64,000 nt of DNA, taken from NCBI GenBank assembly GCA_027334565.1, contig DAHWUP010000004.1:15138-79137 (forward strand), given 5' to 3'. This document shows positions 8,664-19,099 of the stretch, one piece after another (within the stretch, counting starts at the first letter, position 1; each line of letters starts with the position of its first letter). Under the pieces are notes generated by a model. The model saw only the letters and a list, made by a program, of their open reading frames with translations, had not been told where the DNA came from and did no database searches. A program made the position numbers and the translations under genes. This DNA is from Candidatus Levyibacteriota bacterium. GTDB lineage: Bacteria; Patescibacteriota; Microgenomatia; Levybacterales; UBA12049.

Positions 8664-9276
8664 TATTATCCCCGGAATTCTGGAAAAAGATCCGGCAGAA
8701 ATCGAAAAAAAATTAAAACTGATCAAACCTTTTTCAAACACAGTGCACATTGATGTAATCGACGGAAAATTTGCCGAAACGGCGACTTTTCAAGATCCGG
8801 ATTTTTTTAAAAAGTACACAAATGATTTTTTTATGGAGGTGCATTTGATGGTCGAAGATCCTGTTAATTATATTAAGCAATACGCTCAAGCGGGTTTTAA
8901 AAGATTTCTGGGACACATTGAAAAAATGAAGGACATAGACGAGTTTATTGCCGAAGGACAAATTTTAGGCGAGGTCGGAATTGCCATTGACAGTAAGACA
9001 GGTACATTGAATTTACCTTTGGACGACTTGGACGTGATTTTAATAATGGGTGTTAAGGCAGGGGGGTCGGGTCAAGAGTTCTTGCCGCAGGTGTTGGAAA
9101 AAATCGCCTCGGTAAGACAAAACCATCAAATTCCCATTGAAGTTGACGGCGGCATCAACGACAAAACCATTGTTGAAGCAAAAAAAGCCGGAGCCACCCG
9201 GTTTGTCACTACCAGTTATATTTTTGGTGCCAAGAACCCTGCCGAGGCTTTTCAAAATCTTACCTTGCTCGGCTAA
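8641..9276 (+). CDS. rpe: ribulose-phosphate 3-epimerase
   Basis: HIDVIDGKF, HLMV, VDGGIN motifs; 211 aa. Confidence 0.8.
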   Translation: MNKKIMHDIIPGILEKDPAEIEKKLKLIKPFSNTVHIDVIDGKFAETATFQDPDFFKKYTNDFFMEVHLMVEDPVNYIKQYAQAGFKRFLGHIEKMKDIDEFIAEGQILGEVGIAIDSKTGTLNLPLDDLDVILIMGVKAGGSGQEFLPQVLEKIASVRQNHQIPIEVDGGINDKTIVEAKKAGATRFVTTSYIFGAKNPAEAFQNLTLLG

Positions 9277-11573
9277 TGAGCCTTAGGGGTTATGCTTGCG
9301 CTTGGAGTGGCCACCATCGGACAACTTTCGTTTCCCTTAATAAAAAATTCCTGCTTTCCAAAACATTGTTTCCCGACGATATCGGATGGAATAGGTTCCG
9401 GCGTGTTCGGCTTAACGGTTAAAAGATTTGCCATTATTTGGTGCCATATCGGCGCTGCTCCCGTAATGCCCGAAGCAAGGCCGTTCATCGGGGTATTATC
9501 GTTGTTTCCTACCCAGATCGCCGTAAGTAAGTTGGGCGTATAGCCTATGGTCCAATTATCCCTGAAATTATTCGATGTCCCCGTTTTTACCGAAACCGTA
9601 TATCCGGGAATATTAAGCGGCGAATTAGGCCCGAACTCCATCGAGCGGGCATTGTTGTCCGCCAGTATATTAGATAGTATATACGCGACACCCGGGTCTA
9701 AAACCTGCACGGGAGGGTCCTGTTGTTTTTGGTAGATCAAGTCCCCGCTATAATCCGTAATTTTTAATATCGGATTTAGCTCAACCCTTTTGCCAAGATT
9801 GGCAAGTGTGCCGTAGACAACGGCCATATCCGTCATTTTGACATCGGCTGCACCGAGAGTAATTGCAAGCCCGTATTGACTCGGATCTCCCCAGGTAGTG
9901 ATCCCCATTTTTTTACCGAGGTTAACCATCGTCGAAACTCCGATTTTTGCCAGAGTTTTTACGGCCGGAATGTTTATCGAGTTAGCCAGCGCGGTTCTTA
10001 GGGTAACGTTTCCGTGAAATCTTCCGTCATAATTTACCGGAGAATACGGTAAAGCTCCCGGACTAAGGTACGTGACAGGCTCATCGTTTAGAATGCTTGC
10101 CGCAGTGAATCCGCTGGAAAGAGCCGCCGCGTAGGTTACTACTTTAATCGAGGATCCGGGCTGTCTGAGTGCGGTAGTAACGTTATAATTACCCCCGTCC
10201 GGGTTGTTGTAGTCCGCACTTCCGACCATTGCCAATATATCACCGTTTGAAGGATTTGTTACCAAGGCCGCTCCGTTCGAAAGACTATACCCGGCGTCCT
10301 GGTTTACTTCATTGGTTACTACCGTTTGCGCCATGTCCTGCGTTTTTAGGTCCAACGAGGTCACAACATTTAACCCGCCCTTCTCAACCAGAGGAAGACC
10401 ATACCTTTTTATGAGATAGTCTTTTACGTACATGACAAAGTGCGGTGCATATATGGGTGTTTGGGGAGGCAAAAAGGTCAAGTTTTCGTTTAGGGCGTTT
10501 TCTTCCTGCTGCTCGGTTATGTATTTTTGCTCGAGCATTTGCGTTAGAACTTCTTTTTGTCTTTGCTTCCAGGAGTTTGGATTTTCCCCGTAGGGCGAGT
10601 AATAGGTAGGCTCTTGGGGCAGACCGGCTAAGAAAGCGCACTGAGCCAAATCCAAGTCTTTGACGTTCTTGCCAAAGTAGGTCTCCGACGCGGCCTCAAT
10701 ACCCCAAGCCGTTCCTCCGTAGGGAACCTGATTAAAATACATTTCTAAAATTTGGTTTTTTGTATAAATTTTCTCCGCCCAAAAGGCCAGCACGATTTCT
10801 TTTATTTTTCGGGTGATGCTTACTTCGGGTGTCAGCAGAGTGGACTTAATTAACTGTTGGGTGATGGTCGACCCACCCTGGATCGGCTTGCCGGAAAGAT
10901 CTGCCGCTGCCGCCCTTATGATGGAGGCGATATCGAATCCCGGGTTTTGGTAAAAATCCTTATCTTCGATAGCAATGGTGGCATTGATCAGATTTTCCGG
11001 GACAGCCGACAAAGGAACAAGGGTCCTATTTTCATTGGCGTAAATTTGATACAAAAGTATGCCGTTCCGGTCATAGATTTTGGTGGTTTGCGGAATCTGA
11101 CGCTCGGATAAAAGCCTTGGATTAGGCAAACTGTCCAAAAATACATATAGGCCGAACGGAAGTAACAGTATCAACACGCAAACCAAAAAACCGAGAATGA
11201 AATATTTCATTTTCAGTTTTGTATGCCTCGGTTCCGGGAAAATAGTGACTTGAGCTTGTGGGGTTTTTGTTTTTGCATATTTCTTTTTGGTCCCAAGGTG
11301 AAGCTTTCTTTTGATTTGTTTGGAAACAAGAATAAATTTAAAGGCATCAAGATTCAGCCGGTATTTAAAATTTTTTAAGCTTGAGCGTAAGCCGGTTGAA
11401 AGATCACCGCCTTTTGACTTCAATAACTTTCGGGTATTTTGTAAAAATGAAAGAAGCGAATCAATAACTATGTAGATGATTTTTATGATAGCCCGGATGT
11501 AAAAAATCACAAAATCTCCGATCAGACTTAATGTCGACAATGCCAAGTTGATCAAAAGAATCAATAACTTCAT
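9273..11573 (-). CDS. class A penicillin-binding protein (PBP1A-type transglycosylase/transpeptidase), copy 1
   Basis: GT51 motifs (IAIEDKDFYQNPG, STITQQL); TPase motifs (SSIK, SxN, KTGT). Start is uncertain: an alternative ATG at 11210 (MKYFILGF...) would remove a 121-aa N-terminal extension. Confidence 0.8.
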   Translation of the reverse strand: MKLLILLINLALSTLSLIGDFVIFYIRAIIKIIYIVIDSLLSFLQNTRKLLKSKGGDLSTGLRSSLKNFKYRLNLDAFKFILVSKQIKRKLHLGTKKKYAKTKTPQAQVTIFPEPRHTKLKMKYFILGFLVCVLILLLPFGLYVFLDSLPNPRLLSERQIPQTTKIYDRNGILLYQIYANENRTLVPLSAVPENLINATIAIEDKDFYQNPGFDIASIIRAAAADLSGKPIQGGSTITQQLIKSTLLTPEVSITRKIKEIVLAFWAEKIYTKNQILEMYFNQVPYGGTAWGIEAASETYFGKNVKDLDLAQCAFLAGLPQEPTYYSPYGENPNSWKQRQKEVLTQMLEQKYITEQQEENALNENLTFLPPQTPIYAPHFVMYVKDYLIKRYGLPLVEKGGLNVVTSLDLKTQDMAQTVVTNEVNQDAGYSLSNGAALVTNPSNGDILAMVGSADYNNPDGGNYNVTTALRQPGSSIKVVTYAAALSSGFTAASILNDEPVTYLSPGALPYSPVNYDGRFHGNVTLRTALANSINIPAVKTLAKIGVSTMVNLGKKMGITTWGDPSQYGLAITLGAADVKMTDMAVVYGTLANLGKRVELNPILKITDYSGDLIYQKQQDPPVQVLDPGVAYILSNILADNNARSMEFGPNSPLNIPGYTVSVKTGTSNNFRDNWTIGYTPNLLTAIWVGNNDNTPMNGLASGITGAAPIWHQIMANLLTVKPNTPEPIPSDIVGKQCFGKQEFFIKGNESCPMVATPSASITPKAH

Positions 11574-11631
11574 GGTAGGAGATATTTGCCCAGCATTATA
11601 CTACTTATAGGCCTAGCTTAAAAGGGGTAAA

Positions 11632-13809
11632 TTAATGTCCGGGGATCGGTGTTGGAGTCGGAGTCGGGTGTGGGCAGGATAAGCAATATTCGTCACCGGT
11701 CGGGTCCGTGTAAACTGTCTCGCTTTTTAAACCGATATTATCGGTCTGTCCCTTCTTGGCTAAGTCTTGGGTGGCGTTATCGATCCAAACGTTGGTTGTT
11801 TCAACTTTTCCGTAATTTCTTTCGTCACCCTTGATGAAATATTCAAGTCTGGTCGGGCAATTATCCCCGGCTCCGGGTAGAAGTCCGGTATCCGAACAGA
11901 CCTTTTTTTGAACGATATCCGAAGGCCTGGTCAAGGGTTCGGGATCATTACCTTTTAACAGTCCCGACATGATGTCATTCCATATCGGCGCCGCACCGGT
12001 GATTCCTGAGGCAAGACCGCCCATCGGGGTATTGTCGTTGTTTCCTACCCACGCAGCAACCAGGAAGGAAGGCGTATATCCGATAGTCCAGTTGTCGCGG
12101 AAGTCGTTGGTGGTTCCGGTTTTCACCGATACTACCTGTCCGGGAATTTTAAGCTGCGAATTGTCCCCGAATTCCATCACCCGCGCGTTATTATCGGCCA
12201 AAATATCGGAGATTATAAAGGCTACTCCCTCAGGCAGGATTTTTGTCCCGAATATCGGGCTTGCCGGGGGGTCATATTTTTGCAAAACCCGTCCGTTCTT
12301 GTCGACCACTTTCAAAATCGGTTGGAGGTTAATCCGGTACCCTTCGTTGGCGAATATACCGTAAGCGGTGGCCATATCGGTCATTTTCACTTCGGCGCCT
12401 CCCAAGGTCAAAGAGAGCCCATATTCGTTGGGGTGTGTAAAAGTAGTGATCCCCATAGCCGATGCCGTCGCCACCATAGCGTCGACCCCGTTTAACTTAA
12501 GCATTTTCACCGCCGGTATGTTGACGGAGTTTCCCAAAGCGTAGCGCATTTGTACAATCCCGTGCCATTTCCCGTCGTAATTGACCGGACAATAATCTTT
12601 GCCTCCCTGGTTTGGAAAACAGATCGGCTCGTCGATAAAACCGGTTGAAGCGGAATATCCGTTCATCAGTCCGACCGCGTAATTGATCGGTTTGATTGAC
12701 GAACCGGGTTGCCTTAATGAGGTTGTGACGTTGACGTTTCCGTCGATTGCCGTATCGAAGTAGTCTTTACTTCCTACCATCGCCAGAATTTCTCCGGTAG
12801 CAGGGTCCGTCACCAATGCCGCCCCATTGGTAACGTGGTAATATTTCGGCAGCGCGTCGACTTCCTTGGTGACCGAATCCTGTGCCAGATTCTGGATATT
12901 CAAGTCAAGGGTGGTGGTTACTTTTAATCCTCCTTCTTCAACTTCTTTTTCTCCGTATTTGGAGATAAGCAGGTCCTTAACGTATAAAACGAAATGTGGG
13001 GCCAGGATCTGGTTGGCTAATCTTTTATATTTCAGTACTTCCTTTTCCGCCGCCTGTTCCTGGGATTTGGTAATATAATTCTGCTGGTACATCGCGTCAA
13101 GGACCTCAAGCTGCCTTTGTTTGGCAAGTTCCGGGTGGGCCCCGAAAGGCGAGTAAGCTGTCGGAGACTGGGGAAGACCGGCCAATAAAGCACTTTGTGC
13201 CAGATCCAAATCTTTGGCATGTATGCCGAAATACATCTCGGAAGCTGCCTCAACACCGTAGGCAGGACCGCCGTAGGGGGTTTGATTAAGGTACATATTT
13301 AGAATCTGGTTTTTCGAATAGATCATTTCCGTGGCAAACGCGAGAATTACCTCCTTGATTTTGCGGGTGATTGTTTGTTCCTGGTTTAGAAGACTGTTTT
13401 TTACCAGCTGCTGGGTGAGGGTCGAACCCCCTTCGAGCCTTTGGTGAAAAACGGTTGAGATAAAAGCCCTGATGATTCCCCTAATATCGATCGCACCGTG
13501 TTCATAAAAGTTTTTATCCTCAATCGCAATCGTTGACTCCTGCATGTATTTGGGGACTTGGGATAAGGGTATGAAAGTTTGGTTCTTTTTGTCATAAATA
13601 TTGTATAAAAGTTTTCCGTTACGGTCGTAAATAAGCGTAGACTGGGGAGCGGAGGTGCTGCTTAGCTTGGTCGGGAGGGGTAAATCTTTAAGGAAATATA
13701 CGCTGCCGGCAATAAATACTATTATTAATAATAAGAACAATTCCCGTTTTCGCCATTTTCTCGAGGTCAATTTCTTTAGAAGGTGTACCTTTTTCATGCC
13801 CAATATCAT
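11632..13809 (-). CDS. class A penicillin-binding protein (PBP1A-type), copy 2 (tandem paralog)
   Basis: Same GT51 and transpeptidase motif set (IAIEDKNFYEHGA, STLTQQL, SSIK, KTGTT); C-terminal PTPTPTP tail. Confidence 0.8.
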   Translation of the reverse strand: MILGMKKVHLLKKLTSRKWRKRELFLLLIIVFIAGSVYFLKDLPLPTKLSSTSAPQSTLIYDRNGKLLYNIYDKKNQTFIPLSQVPKYMQESTIAIEDKNFYEHGAIDIRGIIRAFISTVFHQRLEGGSTLTQQLVKNSLLNQEQTITRKIKEVILAFATEMIYSKNQILNMYLNQTPYGGPAYGVEAASEMYFGIHAKDLDLAQSALLAGLPQSPTAYSPFGAHPELAKQRQLEVLDAMYQQNYITKSQEQAAEKEVLKYKRLANQILAPHFVLYVKDLLISKYGEKEVEEGGLKVTTTLDLNIQNLAQDSVTKEVDALPKYYHVTNGAALVTDPATGEILAMVGSKDYFDTAIDGNVNVTTSLRQPGSSIKPINYAVGLMNGYSASTGFIDEPICFPNQGGKDYCPVNYDGKWHGIVQMRYALGNSVNIPAVKMLKLNGVDAMVATASAMGITTFTHPNEYGLSLTLGGAEVKMTDMATAYGIFANEGYRINLQPILKVVDKNGRVLQKYDPPASPIFGTKILPEGVAFIISDILADNNARVMEFGDNSQLKIPGQVVSVKTGTTNDFRDNWTIGYTPSFLVAAWVGNNDNTPMGGLASGITGAAPIWNDIMSGLLKGNDPEPLTRPSDIVQKKVCSDTGLLPGAGDNCPTRLEYFIKGDERNYGKVETTNVWIDNATQDLAKKGQTDNIGLKSETVYTDPTGDEYCLSCPHPTPTPTPIPGH

Positions 13810-13855
13810 AGCATTATTGAATCTGGCTTACAATGATTGATGGTATAATTAACAA

Positions 13856-14878
13856 ATGGATATCCCGACCTATATCACGACCCTGTCGGTGCCGTTTTTC
13901 GGATTCAACTGGATAGACATTTTGATTCTGATTATCCTGGTGTTTTATGCGGTGGAAGGGTATTCGCTCGGATTTTTATTGGCGACGATTGATTTTATTT
14001 CGTTTGCCTTATCTTTTATTCTTGGCATCACTTTTTACGGCCGGGTAGCCTCGGTTTTGATGTCGACCGTCAAGATGATGCAGGGGTTCGCCAACGCAAT
14101 CGGGTTTTTTGTTGCCGCCGCCTTTTTTGAGATAATTCTTAACCTCGTTTTGAAACTGCTTACCGCAGGAATTCCATTTCTCGCTAAGGGGCCGCAAACG
14201 GCGAAGATGCGCAGAACAAATCAGTTGCTCGGAATTATCCCCGGCATTCTTTCGGGACTGGTACTGACCTCGTTTATTTTAAGCTTGATTATCGCCCTGC
14301 CGTTCTCGGTGTTTTTAAAACACTCCGTCAGTAATTCAAAAATAGGCAATGTTTTGGTCGAAAATACCCAGGTATTTTCGAAAAACTGGAACGACATCTT
14401 CGGTGGCGCGGTCAACGATACCCTGTCCTTCTTTACCATCGAACCGCAAAGCAATCAAATGGTTGACCTCCATTTTACCGTTTCCGACCCTTCGGTAGAC
14501 ACTCAGGCCGAACAGGAGATGCTCACGATGGTCAACAACGAACGCACCTCAAGAGGAATAGATCCGCTTACGCCATCAAGCGCCTTAACGGCGGTTGCCA
14601 GGGCGCATTGTACCGATATGTTTAAACGCGGATATTTTTCCCATTATACGCCCGAAGGCACTTCGCCATTTGACAGAATGTTGGCGGCGGGCATAAGCTT
14701 TAATTATGCCGGAGAAAACCTGGCACTTGCGCCCAACGTCAGTTTGGCGATGAACGGGCTGATGCAGAGCCCGGGACACAGAGCCAATATCCTTTCGACC
14801 AATTTTAAAAAGGTCGGAATCGGGGTGCTCGACGGCGGAGTATACGGCCAGATGTATTGCCAGGAGTTCACGGACTAA
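13856..14878 (+). CDS. CvpA-family membrane domain fused to a CAP/SCP (PR-1-like) domain
   Basis: N-terminal 4-TM CvpA-like region. C-terminal GYFSHYTPEG..ENLA..SPGHRANIL..FKKVGIGV matches CAP/SCP domains. Confidence 0.6.
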   Translation: MDIPTYITTLSVPFFGFNWIDILILIILVFYAVEGYSLGFLLATIDFISFALSFILGITFYGRVASVLMSTVKMMQGFANAIGFFVAAAFFEIILNLVLKLLTAGIPFLAKGPQTAKMRRTNQLLGIIPGILSGLVLTSFILSLIIALPFSVFLKHSVSNSKIGNVLVENTQVFSKNWNDIFGGAVNDTLSFFTIEPQSNQMVDLHFTVSDPSVDTQAEQEMLTMVNNERTSRGIDPLTPSSALTAVARAHCTDMFKRGYFSHYTPEGTSPFDRMLAAGISFNYAGENLALAPNVSLAMNGLMQSPGHRANILSTNFKKVGIGVLDGGVYGQMYCQEFTD

Positions 14879-14883
14879 AGTTT

Positions 14884-15930
14884 ATGCTTTATAATCTGAA
14901 AAGCTTGAAAGAAGCACAAGTTTCGGGCAAAACCGTTCTCTTGCGCGCCGACCTCGACGTGCCGATTGAAAATTCTCAAATCCTGGACGACTCAAGGCTT
15001 AATTCGTGGTTCCCGACCTTAGAATATCTTCTTGGAAACGGGGCAAAAATAATCATCGTCGGACATCTTGGTCGGCCAAATGGAGCAGATAAAAACCTTA
15101 CTCTTTTACCGGTTGCCAATTGGATCGCCACAAAACTTAAAGCACAAATCGTTGAGGAAAAAATCGGCGATTTTGATGGCTGGAAAATCACAGACAGCGT
15201 TTCGCTTATTGAGAACATAAGATTTTATAAGGAGGAAGAGGAAAACGACCAGGAATTTGCCCGAAAACTCGCTCAGCTCGGAACAATTTTCGTCAACGAT
15301 GCGTTTGCAACCGCCCACCGGTCGCACGCCTCGACCGAAGGAATTGCTCATTTTATTCCTTCATATGCCGGTTTAAGGGTTTTGCAAGAAGTGGAAGTTC
15401 TTTCCAGGGTTTTGGAAAGTCCGGATAGACCGTTGGGGGTCGTGATCGGCGGCGCAAAAATTGAGACCAAGCTTCCGCTGGTTGAAAAAATGCATTCGCT
15501 TGCCGATTACGTCATGGTCGGGGGAGAAATCGCGGAAAATGATAAAGTACTGCTTAAGGTTCAACACGAGAAAGTGTCTGACAGGAAATCGGTTCTGCTG
15601 GTTGCCGATCTTAACCAGAGTCGGCAAGATATCACCGCAAAATCTGCCGAAAATTTTCTCCAACTTCTGGCAGATGCCAAAACGATCGTCTGGAACGGGC
15701 CGATGGGTAAAATAGAAGATCCCGATTTTCAAAACGGAACGTTAACGCTGGCCGAGGGAATAATTAACATTCGTGCTTATTCTATTTTGGGCGGCGGGGA
15801 TACAATCGGATTTCTTAGATCTAAAACTTTACTGGATAAATTCTCTTTTGTGTCCGTCGGAGGAGGGGCAATGCTTGAGTTTCTTTCGGGAGACCGCCTC
15901 CCCGGCTTAACGGTATTGGAACAAAAATAA
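14884..15930 (+). CDS. pgk: phosphoglycerate kinase
   Basis: LLRADLDVP, IIVGHLGRPNG, AHRSHAST motifs. Start taken at ATG 14884 (MLYNLKSL). Confidence 0.8.
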   Translation: MLYNLKSLKEAQVSGKTVLLRADLDVPIENSQILDDSRLNSWFPTLEYLLGNGAKIIIVGHLGRPNGADKNLTLLPVANWIATKLKAQIVEEKIGDFDGWKITDSVSLIENIRFYKEEEENDQEFARKLAQLGTIFVNDAFATAHRSHASTEGIAHFIPSYAGLRVLQEVEVLSRVLESPDRPLGVVIGGAKIETKLPLVEKMHSLADYVMVGGEIAENDKVLLKVQHEKVSDRKSVLLVADLNQSRQDITAKSAENFLQLLADAKTIVWNGPMGKIEDPDFQNGTLTLAEGIINIRAYSILGGGDTIGFLRSKTLLDKFSFVSVGGGAMLEFLSGDRLPGLTVLEQK

Positions 15931-15978
15931 TATGCATTTTTGATTGACTTTGTAGGCAGATCATGAAACCATATAGTT

Positions 15979-16602
15979 ATGGAAAATATAAGTAATCCGT
16001 CAACCGTACCCTCATCGCCCGACATGCCGGAAGAAAAACTCAAAGGAACGGAGTTGTCTGCCGCATGTAAGGATTTGTACGACAAGTTAAGATACATGCT
16101 GGACAACAGCGGGGTGATGCAAAAGGCGCTTGTTGACGATCCGCCCGATCCAGACTGGCCGACCAAAGACAAGAAAACCCATTTTACGCTCGGAGAGGGT
16201 GATCGGACGGTTATCTACCGCTTCTACGACCGTTCCCTAACCGACGATACGGGAACGGAGACCGGCCGCGAATTTTATTTAATGCGGAACGATTCGGCCA
16301 CCAAAGAGCGGGTATTGATCGTCAGGACCGGACAAGAACCGGGAGTAGAATTTAGAGATTTATATGAGTCCGAATTTCCCGTGTTTCATAATGAACCTGA
16401 CGGTACAAAAACCATCGGAAGGCGGGTATTGACTAAAAAACAGGTGTTTTCTCAAAAAGGAGCAGTGGCAAAAGCGATCAGGGAATCAAGCAGGGAAAGA
16501 GTTGACAGAAGATATTATGAGGATACCCAAACCGCACTTTTGGGGGCAAAAAGGGTATTTGCCACGGCAGTTGGTGAACTGGCCCCCTTCCGTTATTATT
16601 AA
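15979..16602 (+). CDS. hypothetical acidic protein inserted between pgk and gapA
   Basis: 207-aa ORF with no recognisable motif; coding-like codon usage; sits between two glycolytic genes. Confidence 0.4.
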   Translation: MENISNPSTVPSSPDMPEEKLKGTELSAACKDLYDKLRYMLDNSGVMQKALVDDPPDPDWPTKDKKTHFTLGEGDRTVIYRFYDRSLTDDTGTETGREFYLMRNDSATKERVLIVRTGQEPGVEFRDLYESEFPVFHNEPDGTKTIGRRVLTKKQVFSQKGAVAKAIRESSRERVDRRYYEDTQTALLGAKRVFATAVGELAPFRYY

Positions 16603-16656
16603 CCGATTTTCCTCTTGTTTCGTGTCTAAAAATTTTGTACACTGGTTTTACTGCCT

Positions 16657-17757
16657 ATGATAAAAGTTGCGATTAACGGATACGGAAGAATCGGCAGGGT
16701 CGCCCACAGGGTGATTCTGGAAAAATACCTTAACGAAATCGATGTCGTCGCGATCAACGCCGGTTCATCGACCGATATCAAGGGTTGGATGTACCTTCTA
16801 AAATACGATACTTCTTACGGTCCTATTTATTCTTTGGACGTTTCCTACCAGGAAAAAGAGGAAAACCCAAAACTTAAAGATCTGATCGGTTATCTTTTGA
16901 TAGACCAAGCAAAGATCCCCGTGATTTCGCAAAAAGATGCTTCGCTTTTGCCATGGCGAGATTTGGGTGTTGATGTGGTCATCGAGTCAACGGGGCATTT
17001 AACAACGGAAGAAAAACTGAAGGTACATTTGAGTTCGGGAGCAAAGTCGGCTGTTTTATCGGCACCCGTTAAGGAGGGCAATGTCCCTACCATTGTAATT
17101 CCTATCAACCAGGATAAGCTTTCCGGGCAGACACTCGTTAACAACGCTTCCTGCACGACCAACTGTATCACCCCCGTTGCCAAGGTTATGGTCGATACTT
17201 TCGGCGTCGAGAAGGCGATGATGACCACCATTCATAGTTATACTTCAGACCAAAGACTTCAAGACGGCGGACACAAAGATTACCGAAGGGCAAGAGCAGC
17301 CGGACAAAACATTGTTCCGACCTCAACCGGGGCAACCATTGCCGCTTCGCAGGTAGTTCCGGAGCTTTCCGGAGTGTTCGGCGGAATGTCCATCAGGGTT
17401 CCGGTGGCAGTGGGCTCACTTTCCGACTTCACTTTCGTTCTGAAAAGGGAGACCACCAAGCAGGAAGTTAATGACGCTTTAAGAAGGGCTTCGCAAACGC
17501 CGGCGTTACAGGGTATCATGGCGGTGACCGATGACCCAATAGTTTCAAGCGATATTATCGGTAGTCCTTACTCTTCGATCGTTGATTTATCCCTGACCCA
17601 GGTGATCGGCAATCTGGTTAAAGTGGTAGCTTGGTATGACAATGAATACGGTTACGCTAACCGGCTGGTCGAGGCGGTATTAATGTTGGGAAAATCACAA
17701 ACGCAAACACCGCCGTCACCACCCGCATCCGTTTTAACTCCCCAAACCGCATCATAA
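16657..17757 (+). CDS. gap: glyceraldehyde-3-phosphate dehydrogenase (type I)
   Basis: INGYGRIGR NAD-binding N-terminus; catalytic ASCTTNC; Pro/Thr-rich C-terminal extension. Confidence 0.85.
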   Translation: MIKVAINGYGRIGRVAHRVILEKYLNEIDVVAINAGSSTDIKGWMYLLKYDTSYGPIYSLDVSYQEKEENPKLKDLIGYLLIDQAKIPVISQKDASLLPWRDLGVDVVIESTGHLTTEEKLKVHLSSGAKSAVLSAPVKEGNVPTIVIPINQDKLSGQTLVNNASCTTNCITPVAKVMVDTFGVEKAMMTTIHSYTSDQRLQDGGHKDYRRARAAGQNIVPTSTGATIAASQVVPELSGVFGGMSIRVPVAVGSLSDFTFVLKRETTKQEVNDALRRASQTPALQGIMAVTDDPIVSSDIIGSPYSSIVDLSLTQVIGNLVKVVAWYDNEYGYANRLVEAVLMLGKSQTQTPPSPPASVLTPQTAS

Positions 17758-18353
17758 TGAGTAAGAAGACACAACCACCAGTAGAACTTGTAGGTATTAG
17801 AAACATAGCCATTTCAGGGCGAATAGGTACGGGTAAGAGTACCCTTGCTGAGCACCTGGCCGAAAATTTAAGGTGGGATTTGCTGGACGGGGGGAAAATT
17901 TTCCGCGAACTATCCAAGAATTTGGGGATCAGTATCATTGAGAAAACCAAAATCCCAGACGACCTTGACATTAAATTTGAAGAAAGGGTTAAACAAATTT
18001 TTATAAATGAAAGTCACCATGTGGTACAAAGCCATTTGGCGGGATATGTGGCGCAGGGGATAAGCGGGGTTTATAAGATTTTGGTGGTTTGCGAAAACGA
18101 TGAGGGCGAAGACAAACAATCGGTCCGAATCGACCGGCTGATGAACAGGGATCTATTATCCGCGGAGCAGGCAAAATACGAATTACATAAACGGGAAGAA
18201 GAACATTTGATAAAATTTAGAAAACTTTACGCCTCAAGCGATCCGGAGTGGATTTATTGGGACCGAAAATATTTCGACCTCGTGGTAAACACTTTCCGTT
18301 TGAACCAAAAAGAAGCGCTGGGATTCGTGTTAAGTCACCTTCCGGTCAAATAG
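17757..18353 (+). CDS. P-loop nucleoside monophosphate kinase, cytidylate-kinase-like
   Basis: IAISGRIGTGKSTLAEHLA..LLDGGKIFRE resembles Cmk (IAIDGPxGSGKST..YLDTGAMYR). Confidence 0.5.
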   Translation: MSKKTQPPVELVGIRNIAISGRIGTGKSTLAEHLAENLRWDLLDGGKIFRELSKNLGISIIEKTKIPDDLDIKFEERVKQIFINESHHVVQSHLAGYVAQGISGVYKILVVCENDEGEDKQSVRIDRLMNRDLLSAEQAKYELHKREEEHLIKFRKLYASSDPEWIYWDRKYFDLVVNTFRLNQKEALGFVLSHLPVK

Positions 18354-18388
18354 ATTAAACTATTGCCAACTAGTTGTATAATTAATTC

Positions 18389-18940
18389 ATGAAATTTTTG
18401 TCGGCGGCACTTTTAGCAGTCTTACTTACTTTGACATTTTCGTCGTCTTCTTTTGCACAAAGCGCCCCCTACGCTACCAATGAAGCAAAATTTATAAACG
18501 TGGACTATACTTTGCCTTACCCGGGTAGTATTTTGCCCGATAACCCTTTGTATCTTCTTAAAGCGATCAGAGACAACTTATATAATCTGTTTATTTTTGA
18601 TCCGGTAGCAAAAGCAAACTACGATTTGTTAATGGCAAATAAAAGATTGCAATACGCCGATAAGTTAATAGATAAAAAGGAATACCAGTTATCCCTTACG
18701 ACTTTGGGCAAATCGGGTAACTATTTTGACGAAGCAATCCAGCTTGCCGCAAACACGAAAAGTCAGGGAAAAGACGTAAGCGATCTGTTAAATAATCTAT
18801 ATCTGGCATCACAAAAACATCAGCAGGTTATTTATGAAATGTCGTTAAAGACTACAGGTGATATAAAATACCAACTGGAACTAGCTCAGGTAAGAGCCAA
18901 GAGTTTTCAAGACACTGTATCTGTGGTTAGGTCTAGATAA
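18389..18940 (+). CDS. secreted hypothetical protein
   Basis: Signal peptide MKFLSAALLAVLLTLTFSSSSFAQ; 183 aa; no known motif. Confidence 0.4.
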   Translation: MKFLSAALLAVLLTLTFSSSSFAQSAPYATNEAKFINVDYTLPYPGSILPDNPLYLLKAIRDNLYNLFIFDPVAKANYDLLMANKRLQYADKLIDKKEYQLSLTTLGKSGNYFDEAIQLAANTKSQGKDVSDLLNNLYLASQKHQQVIYEMSLKTTGDIKYQLELAQVRAKSFQDTVSVVRSR

Positions 18941-19002
18941 TAAGACGAACTGCCTCTTAAGACCATAATTTTTATTCCGGTTTTTCTCTGAAATCAGCCT
19001 GA

Positions 19003-19028
19003 GGAATATTTTTTATATTCCTTTTTTT
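19003..19028 (+). terminator. intrinsic terminator
   Basis: GGAATAT-TTTTT-ATATTCC hairpin followed by T7. Confidence 0.55.
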
Positions 19029-19099
19029 ACGAAAGACCAAAATAAAAAAAAATTGAAGCTAAAAAATTTAATGACCGCCTTTGATATAGATATTAATAG

